NCBI GenBank assembly: GCA_000388065.2
Contig: KB932202.1
DNA length: 19,008 nucleotides
Source: Fonticula alba ATCC 38817
Taxonomy: Eukaryota; Protista; Nucleariida
Direction: 5' to 3' (one strand)
Position 1 is the stretch's first letter; each line of letters opens with the position of its first letter. A program made the position numbers and the translations under genes. Below, piece after piece: positions 7,501-17,213 of this stretch. The notes beneath the pieces are model-generated. The model was given only the letters and a program-made list of their open reading frames with translations. It ran no database searches and was not told the DNA's origin.

Positions 7501-10500
7501 AAGGGTGTTGTTCGGCCGGTCGATCCGCTGTCAGTGCGGGCCGACCATTCGGCGGTTCTGCTGGAGGCAGCCATGCTCCTGTGGTCGCGCCATGTTGCCG
7601 GTGCGTTGCCCGCCTTCCTGGCCGCCCATGTGGGCCGCCTCCCGGGGCCGGGGCTCCGAAAGGTGTTCTAACGTGCCTCTCCTGCTTCCGTGCTCCGATT
7701 ATTTCCCCGGGTCGCCAGCCGACCGTGCCCTGGCCCCGCGGGTTTTTGACATCCTGGCACGGTTCCCGGCAGCCACCGACGTGGCTGGGCTCCGGGCAGC
7801 CGGGGCCGGGGGGCCGGCGGTGCACGATCCCGGGGCTCTGGCCGCCTGGTTCGGGGCCGATGTCCTGCCGGCCCTGCTGGACTTCGACCTTCGCTGGCCG
7901 GCCCCCGGTCCCGCGGTGCCCATGCCCGATGGGGGGCATGATTCCGACCACGAGGACCCTCCTGCCGCGGGTGTGCTGCCGGTCGGCCGCGATGCCACCT
8001 TCGATTTGATGGACCTCAGGGCCGGCCCGGAGTCCGGGCTGCTGGCGCGTTTCGAGAGTTGGGTCCTCTGCTGGGCCGGGGAGCTTGCCTGTCCGGAGGC
8101 GGCGCTCACCTTGCTCCGATGTGTTGACTTCACCGCGGCCGGGCAGGCGGCGGCGGCGGCGGCGGCCGGGGCCACGGCCGGCCCTGCGCCGGCTTCCAGC
8201 CGTCTGACCCAAACCCTGCAAGACTTGGGCTCGCGCGGGCTCCTGGCCCTGACCGGCGCGTCAGGGACCGTGCACTTGGCCTCCCTGCTGCTGGGGCACG
8301 AAGGTGCCGGCGTCGGTGGCCCTGCATCTGTGGGGCCGGCCGCGGCCGGTGCCACCCACCTGGCCCTGCGGTGCCTTCGTGGCCGGCAGGCCCGACTGGC
8401 CCGGCTCCGGGCCTGCCGCAAGCGAGCCACCGAGCTTCAAGCCCTCCGCCGGCGTGTGGAGGGTTTCGGCCTGCCCGGGTCCGGATCGGGCGGCGGATCA
8501 TGGCCTCCGGGGTTGGCCAATTTGCGCTCCTTCTGCCGGCTCTCGGCCGCCGGGCTGGCACGGCTGCTGGCCGACCTCCTGCTGTCCGCCGGGCGGCCGG
8601 CCACCCCGGAGAGGCTGGCCGATCTTGGCGACCTGCTCCAGCAGCTGGCTCAGTGGCGGTGTGTCCCGGTGGCGGACCTCCTGGCGGCCGTATGCCTGGA
8701 GCCGGGGGATCCCTCCTCGGGGGGGGTCATGCCGCACTCGCTTCGGCCGCCCGGCCGGCCGGATGTCGAGCGTCTGGTCCTGCCTCTGGAAGCCGGGCTG
8801 GCCCTGGGCGAGCGGTTCCTTGGCCAGGCGGTGTCCCCGGCCCCGGGTGACTGCCTGGCCGAAACGGTGCGCCTGCGTTTGCTCCTGGCCGCGGTCCTCG
8901 CCCAGGAGGGCGAAGACGGCCCCTGGCCCGAGGCCCTCGATCAGGCCGTGCGTCGGGCCCTGCGCGGGGCCGCTTCGCAAGTGATGCGCATCGAATGCCA
9001 GCGCCGGCAGCGGCATGAGTGGCTCGCTCGCCCGGCCGACCCGGCGGCCCTGGACACCGGGCGCTTCCTCCGGGCGGCCAGCGATTCCGAGGATTCCGAC
9101 TCCGACTGGGCATTCTCCCCGTCGGACGAGTCCCCGGAGTCCGAGGACTCCGAGGCGCCGGAGGGCTCCGGCCACCTCCTCCAGTCGGAGCATCTGACCG
9201 AGCTGGCGCTCGGCCTGCCGGCCGGCGTCCTGCATCCGGTCACATGTCCCCGGGTGGATGCCCTGTATCTGCGTCTGCTGGGGGCATTGGCCGATCAGGC
9301 ACGCCTGGCCACGGCGGCGGCCCTCCTTCGGAAGCATGTTCCCAGCTTGGCCGGGGGTGCCGTGTGCGTGGAAATGGGCGGCCTGGATCCCGGCCGGGTG
9401 GTGCGCCTGGCCGGGCGCATCGCCGCCAGCCAAGTGGGCCCCGGCTCGACGGCCGACCTTTGGGCTCGGCTGTCGGATGCCTTCACCTTCTGCCGGACCC
9501 TGGCGGTGTGGCCCGGTCCTGATGGCGCGGCGACCGAGGCGCTGGCCCGCCCCTCGGCCGATGGCGATCCCGGGGTCTGGGCCGGCCTGGTCCAGGCCCA
9601 GGCGGCCGGCCTGGTGGACGCCGCATATCGAAGGCTCCGGGCCAATGCCACGGTGTCTGGGATTCTGCCACAAGTGGAGGCCACCCTGGCCGAAGCGGTG
9701 TGTGCCATTTTACGACACCCCGCACGCGGGGCCGTCATCGACACCGGGCCGCAGGCCGGCACCCGGGGGCGGCTGCTTCGTCTGGCTGCCCGGCGGGCCG
9801 ATCACCAGCACCTTTTGGCCTGGCTCGCGGGGCAGCTGCGGGTGACCCTGGCCGTGCCGGACCTCGTTCACCTGCTGCCGATGCCGATGGCCGGCACGAC
9901 CCCCGGCAGCTGTGCCCCCGATGCCGACAGTGAGCATGGTCCCGGAAATGGCCCGGCCGCACCGATGCTTCACGACCTGGAGGGGACCTGGTTTGTCTTG
10001 GAGTTGGTGGATGCCTCGGGGGCGGGCCTCTCGGCCGTGGCATTGTCGGTGCTTGCGCGTGCTCGGCTGTTGGGAGCCTGTGCGGTGGCCGTGGCCGGGC
10101 AGCTTCGGCGCACCGAGGCGGCCATGCTGCAGGCCATGCAGCCCCCCGCGGACCCGCTGCCCCAGCCGGATGGCCTGGCGGATGTCCTGTGGGCCGATGC
10201 GCCAGCCGGGCTGGCCGAGTGGGGTGATCAGCACCGGCGCCTGGGGGCGGCGCGCGCCGGCGCGCGCGCCTGGGCCGCCAGCCGGCGCCTCCTCCTGGAC
10301 TTCGGCATTGTGTCCCTGGCACCGGCGCCATTTGGCGAGCAGATGCCCCCCGAGGCATTGCTAGATCGGTTCCTGCATGAGTGCCGGCAGCGTCGCCACC
10401 TCCGCCCGGAGGATCTCCTTGTCGCGGAGCGGGATTTCTGGGCCGGGGTGGCCGCCGCCACCGGGGCCCGGGCCTGGGCCAGCCAGGCGTCCCCCAAGAC

Positions 10501-13500
10501 GGTCGGCGACGTCGGCCTGCTGGGTGCTTTGCTTCCCCGAAGTCGACTTGCGCCGGAGGACCCGATCACCGGGCGGTATTTGGCCCAGGCTCTTGGGCTG
10601 CCGGATGCCGCGCTGCACGAGCGCCTGCTGTTGGGCGGCTTGCTGCTGCCGGATCCCGAAGCGGCCGCCTCGCTGGTGGCACTGAGCCAGCAGCCGATCT
10701 TCGCCGACCGGTCGGACGAAATGCTCCCGGTGGTGGGGGCCACGCCAGCCACGGCATTGGCCGCTGCGGCGCATGCGGTCACCGGATCCCCGGGGCTGAT
10801 GGCCCGGCCGGCGGTGGTGGACGTGGCCCTCGGCCTGGTCGTGAGGGCCGCGGCGACCGCCATTCCGATTGGCTGCCCGGTCGCCGGCGCCCATGACGCA
10901 TGCCCTGCCGGCGCCGAGCCTCGCGGCCACTTGGGGCGCGCTGCGCTTGGCGGGCCCCATGCCTGCGCCGGCCTGCCGGCTTCGGACCTCTCGGTTGCCC
11001 TGGCCACCATGCGGGTGTTGCACTTCCAGTCCCAATGTTTGGCGGCCTCGTCGGCGGGTGTGGCCTTTTCCCGCAGCACCATCGGCCTGGAGGACTCTCC
11101 CACCGACTGGTCGGTGCCTGCTTGGGCTTCGCTCTTGGATTCGGTAACCGCTCCGACCGGCCAGTCGTCGGGCAGCCGGTCGGCCGAGCACCTGGCAAGG
11201 TATACCCACGCCATTGGGCTCGGCACCGGGCCGCATCTTGGCACCGGGCCCGAGCATGGACTGGTGCTGGATGCCGGAGAGGTGGGACAGCGCGGTGCAG
11301 CCGTTGCCCGGTATCTCCTTTCGGCCGAGGCCAGGCCGATTGAGGATCCCCTGCCCGGGGCGCGGCCATCGCTGCGCGCCCTCGCCGGGGAAGTGTGCAC
11401 AGCGGCGGTGGTCGCGGCCGCGGCCGCGGCGACGGCCGTGCCCACGACCACCAGGACCAGTGTCGGAATTGATGGCATCCCTCGGGACCCGTTGGACCCG
11501 GTGGATTCGCTGGGGTCCGCCTCGGCCAGGCAGACCGATGCCCAGCGCATTGTGGCCCATTGCCATGCATTGAGTGGCCTGCAACAGTTGCTGGCTCTTC
11601 TCACCGAGGCACAGCACATTTGGCTGGCCTGGCGCTTGGGGCACATGGTGGCCGCGGCGCTGGCGCATCTCCCGGGCGAGTGGGAAATGGCCCAGCCGGT
11701 GGCCGTGGTGGTGGCTGCGGCGGCGGCGGCCGCGGGGCGGGCCCTCCCCCCGGCGGCACCCTCGCCCCTGGCTCGACTGGGCCGAGAGTTGGCGGCCCTG
11801 CACCAACGGTCCATCCAGCTGTCGGATGCCCTGGTTTCGGAGTTACTGGCGGTGGAGGGCCCGGGCGCGCCGGAAGGCATGGGCCCCAGCGCGGCCGGCC
11901 GCCTGGACCTGCTCAGCCTGCTGGCGTTCACCCGGACCGGAGGCCACTCGGCGGCGGTGATTGACATGCTGGATGCCGCACGCCGGCTTCCGAGCCGGCA
12001 TTTCCAGCTAACTTGGCTGATGCAGTACCAGAGTTTCCTGCAGCGCTTGATTCGGACGCCCGTGCGGCCGGTCGGTGCCCTGCAGCCGGACACCGGTCGC
12101 CACGCTGCCCCGGTGGCCTTGGCGAGCTCCCCGAAAAAGAGAAGCCCCTCGACCATGCGGCACTCCCCGCCGGCCGTTCGACGGCCCAGCGTCAGCGCTG
12201 CGGCCGAGCAGGCGCTCGATCCCCCAAAGCCGGGGCTCATCCAGCCCACCACCCCACGGTCATCGCCTATCCAGGATCTGGCGGCGCTGGCCGCACCGCC
12301 GGCCGGCCTGCTGGGGCTTGTCGCACCGGGCACCGCCTGTTTGTCGGTTGCGATCGAGGGCCAACACGCCCGGCCCGGCACGTCGGCCGCGGCGTGCCTG
12401 CTGGATCGACGTCTGGTGGATCCAGCCGCGCCGGGCCTGGCCCGGTGGCGTGCCTGGCTGGCTGGGTGGTTTGATTGGCAGCACCGGCAGCAGCAGCAGC
12501 AGCAGCAGCAACATGATTCCTCCCAGACGCCGAGTCCCGGGTTCGATCTGTGGACAGCGCCGGACTTCCAGGGCGAGCGCTTCGCCGATCCCGAAGCCGG
12601 GGCCTATCGTTTGGACCTTGCTCGGACACTGGTGCTACAGGGAGCGCCCCTTGGGGCGGGGTTCCAGTACCTGGAGCAGATGCTGCTGCTTGAAGGCCAG
12701 CCGCCCCCCCCGCCGAGAGAGGTGGCCGAGCTGGCGGCCTGCGCGTTGGTCCATCGCCTGCGCACGGCCCCGGTGCACGATCTGCGGGAGGATGTGCGTG
12801 TCGGCCGGATGGTGGCCCTGCTGGTCGGCCAGCCGAGCGTGGCGGCCCCACTGGCCCGCGCGCTCAGCCAGCTCACCTCGGCCCTGTACCAAGGCCTCAG
12901 CGGTCGGGAGTATGATCGCCTGGAGATGATGCTTTCGGCGGCCGAGCGCCTGGCAATTGGCTGCTGGCCGGCACAGCGAACGGCCCTGCTGGCCGAGCGG
13001 GCAGCCGCAGCCGCGGCCCCGGGCCCGGGCCCCGGCGAGCATGGCCCACGCGGCCCGGCTGTCGATTGTCTGGCCAGTCTGGCCGCCGCCGGCCAGGGAG
13101 TGACCGTGCTCCAGGCGCTTCGGGGCTGGCGAGCCCATTGCCGCCGGGCGGTGGCGGCAGCCGCCGGGCACTTTTCCCTGCCCGGGGAATCCCCCACCGG
13201 GGCCAAGCCCGGCCTCCGGGGCTCGGTGCCGGAGTCCTGGGATTTGTGTCTCTTCCTCTTCAGTCGCGACCCGTTGGCTTGCCTTCGGCGCGCTCTGGCC
13301 GACGGGTCGTCGCTGATGGCTGGGTCCGATGTGGCCGAGCACTTTGCCACCCTGGGCCCGACCATCCGCCAGGCTTGTGTGCACACTCTGCAGGGCCTGC
13401 TTGCTGGGACCCTCCCGGCGGCCGGGGAATTCCGGCCCCCGGGTGTGAGCTCGAGCGTGCCGGATGACATGGGTCCCCTGTCGCCCGGGCTGGCCAGTCG

Positions 13501-16500
13501 TTTGGTGGCGGCGGCTGTGGGGTTCGCCCCGCTGGCGGCCCTGCCCGAAGCCGCGGTCCTGAGTCTGGCCGTGGAATTGGAGCGCGGGCGGATTTCCCTG
13601 GCCCCGGGCGGCGGCGCCCGAGCTGCCCGGCGATTGGAGCGGTCACTGCTCGCCTCGGGGCTGGCTCGGTTGGAGGCTCTGGCCCCGGAGCGGGCAGTGG
13701 CCCTGAATGTCCTGTGCGCCTGCTGGGCGCCATTGTCCGCCCTCCGGGCGCGGCTCTACCGGCGTGCCCTGCGCCTGGCCGGGGCCGTGGCCGCGCCGAG
13801 CTTCCTGCCGGATGCCGGGCCGGACACGGCCGCGTCGCTGGGCGTCAAGCGGCCGTCGCCCCTGTCCCAGGGCGCCGGCGGAGGCTCCGTGGCACTGGAC
13901 GGCCCCCCGCGACCGGGGGCGTGGTTTGGCCTGCTGAGCCAGAGCACCGGCCGGGCCGCTGCCGCCGCTCAGCAGGCCAAAATCCGCGCGCCGGCCATCC
14001 TGCATCACCTCCGGCGGACGCTTGTGCGCGTGCGCGGGGAGTTGCGCCTCGCGCGACTGGGGCTCGGGGACTTCCGGAAGTTTGTCCGCCATCACCCGGA
14101 CGCCGGGCCGCGGACCGGGGCCCCGGCCAACATTGGCCCGGTGCTGGCCGAGGGGGATCTCTTCCCAAGCCCCGGGCCCCGGGCGGATGACGACATTCGC
14201 CAGCTGCTGGCTGCCCTGCACCGGGCCTTCGCCGAGTCGCTGCTGCTGCTGGGATCGGCCACGGCCCCAAGCTGCCGGGGAGATCCGGCAGCCACCAGCG
14301 GGGCGCTGTCCTTCGATTTCGAGCGCCTGGTCAGCCGCCTGGCTCGGCATCATGGCATCGACCTGCCGGGCTTCCGCGTGGAGCTCCTCGGCCGGTGGGT
14401 TCGCGAGCCGGTCGCCACGGTGGATGGCCTGTCTCCGAGCCAGCTGCTTGGCCTGGCGGTGGCGGCGTTCGATCGACCTCCGGCCGTGGGACTGGTCGAG
14501 GTGGCCACCGAGGCGGCTCACCTCCGGCGCCTGGTCTTCCTGGTGACCACCATGTACCGGTCGCCCGGAGCCGCGATCGGGGTCCTGTGCGCGGCGGCCG
14601 GGGACCTGCTGGCCGGCGGTCCGGGCATGGGTGTGGCGCCGATCAGCGCCTCGGGTGCCGCTGGGGCCACCAGCGCCCCGTTGCAGGCTCGCGCGCTGTT
14701 GGCCCTGTGCCTGAGCTGGCGCCTGGTTCCCGAGAGTCGGGTGGCCGGTCCGAGCCCCGGGCGGCTGCTGGCCGCCCTGCGCCTGGCCCTCGGGTCGGCC
14801 GACATGACCATGTCGCGGTGGCTGCGTCCGGGGCAGGCCCCGCCGAGCCGGTCAGCCCGCGTGGCCCTGGCCCGTCGGGTCTGGTCTCAGCACCAGGAAG
14901 GGGACATTGAATCGGCCGAGCTGGTTGCCCGGCTGCTGGCCGATGCATTGGCCGCCTCGCCCGGCCGGGGGGGCGGCCCGGCCGATGGCATGCTGTCGGC
15001 CGAGGAGGAGGACATGGCCGGGGGGCCCGGCCGGGCTGGGCGTTTCACCCTGCTGACCCTGCTGACAGATTCGCTTTTGTTGTTGGCCGTGTCCGGGCGG
15101 CCGGATTTGCCGGTGGCCGTGGCCCATAGTTTCGGCCACCTGTGGACGGACTTCCCATCGGTGCGTGATCGACTGATGACCACCATACAGTCGGCCCTGC
15201 TTCCGGAGGGCCCGGGCATTGGGGCCTTTTTGCTTGGGCGCTGGCCGGCGGCCGGCGCCCCGGTCGCCGGAGCACTGGCCTTCGGACAGGACAGCCCTCC
15301 TGCGCGTGGGCTTCTCGGGGCCGGGTTCCTCGCTCTCTCTGGGCCCGGCATCACACACGGGGACAGTCCGCCAGGGAGCCTGGCGGCCTTTTTGGTGCGT
15401 CTGCGCGGCGACACCCGCTCTGCCGGCACGCATCCACGCACATGCACGCATATGCACACATATGCGCACATATGCACACATATGCACACATATGCGCACA
15501 TATGCACACATANNNNNNNNNNCCCCCCCCCGGGGAGGGAGGGGGAGTCAGAGGCCGCACCGGCGCCCCGCCTATGGCCAAGGCGGGCGGGGCGCCGGGG
15601 CTGCCGCTGCCGTGCCTGCGCACCCCCCTACCTCTTCGCGGCGAAGCAGGGCACCCGAGCGGCGTGCGCGCCACCGTCCGGCACCGAGAATGGGAGGAGG
15701 GGGGGGGGCGAGCAATGCGCCGTGCTGTTCCTTTCGAGCCCAGCTTGCTCCCCCCGCGACCGGACAAAAACGGTGGGGTAAACATCGGCCGCGGCAGGGG
15801 CGCGGGCGGGGCGTGAAAGCGGCGGATGCACACGCCTGCCCCCCCCCCCTCCGCCCGGTGCATTTTCCGCGCGCATGCGGCAGGGCTCCCGATATTCAGG
15901 AGCTCCAGTCTCCGGCGGTGCGCCGCCCCCGGGGGGGGGGGGGGGGGCGTGCACCGAGCACTCAGGAGCAGTCCCAGTGGTGTCGGCTCCGAGAAGAGGG
16001 CAGCGGGCGCGGCCCCGGCAGAGAGAAGAAGCCGGCCGGCCGGGGAGCCCTGCCGGCACAGGACGCAGCAGGATCTTGGGCCTCGGAGGTCACTCGGGCA
16101 TGTTCGTGCGGCCCCCCGTCCGCCTCCCCCGCCCCCGCCCCCCGCCCATCCGTGGTCGAGAAGGGGAGCATGCGCGGCGCTGGTCCCCCACCTGGAGTCC
16201 AAGCAAGCCAGAGATCTCCGTGGGGCAGCCCCAGAAGGGCAGCGCCCGCAGCCCCGCCCATTTTGGGCAGACCGAGGTGGAAGAAAAATGCCCCCTCGGG
16301 ATTATGCCGCCTCGACCAGGACCCCCCCCCCTCCAGGAAGGATCAAGCCTACGGCAAGGGGCGGGGCCGTGCACGCGCGCCCGTAGCCGTGCGTGCCCCC
16401 CCCCCCCCTCCCGGATCCAGGTGGCGGCTGAGCAACTGCCTGCCCGCCAGCCAGGGCCGGCCTCCTCGTGGGGGGGGGGGGGGGGGGGGCGAAGAGCCAG

Positions 16501-17114
16501 GACACATGCGGGCCCGGCCACACTGACCGCCAGGGGGGGGGGGCGTCGGGCCGGGCTCCACGCGAGCGTGTGCGCATGCACATCGGGGCGGCTCTGGGCA
16601 CATGCCGCGGCTCGATCGCGAACACCGGGCGGCTCTCGGCACCAGCACATTCTCCGCCCCGGTCGTCGGCCCTGCTCCCCCGGAGGCCGGGGAGGGCGGG
16701 TTGCGAAATAAAAAATATTAATGATAATCCCAGAGCGCCGGCGCGCGCCCGCGCATAAGTCCGGAGGCATACGGGCTACCGGTATGGGCTTCCCAGCCCC
16801 GACTCCTCAACGCAGGCCAGAGAGGGCGCGTGTTGGGCCGATGTCCGTCTCCCCCCGGGGGCGGGGGGGCGGGGGGGCGGGGGCGATCAGGAACTTGGAA
16901 GACCCCAGCCCGCCCGCCCCCGACCGGCCACGCAATGTGTCGGCCAGTCATTGGGCGCGCGACCCCGGCAAGGGCAGCGGTGCGGGGTACCGCCGGCCAA
17001 CCGCATGTGGGCAGAAGAGAGGAGGCCCGGGGCGCCGGACGCGGGCCCCTGCCCGGCCACCCTGCCGCGGAAATGCCGGCATTTTTTCGCCCCTCCCCGG
17101 GCGTGCGCGCCGTT

Positions 17115-17213
<99 letters not shown>

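Noticed and set aside
7505-7671. Apparent frameshift/premature stop suggesting a pseudogene or programmed frameshift
   Set aside because: Fully explained by intron 7601-7718, whose branch point contains the TAA.
10228-12381. Long antisense and alternate-frame ORFs throughout (e.g. 717 aa on - strand here; also 5866-6966, 6374-7456, 8498-9673)
   Set aside because: Shadow ORFs from stop-codon scarcity in high-GC coding DNA. They are Arg/Pro/Gly-rich with no recognisable domains.
15161-15190. GTGCGT...ATACAG as a possible 30-nt in-frame intron
   Set aside because: Much shorter than any other intron here, and it encodes a segment (VRDRLMTTIQ) that aligns with Rod_C.
15435-15512. Short tandem units as a CRISPR-like array
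   Set aside because: No spacers, 10-bp contiguous units, eukaryotic context, no cas genes.
15395-15781. ORF read-through to TAA 15781 as the true Rod C-terminus
   Set aside because: It translates a minisatellite (THMHTYAHIC) and crosses a gap of unknown length. The downstream exons fit the expected C-terminus better.
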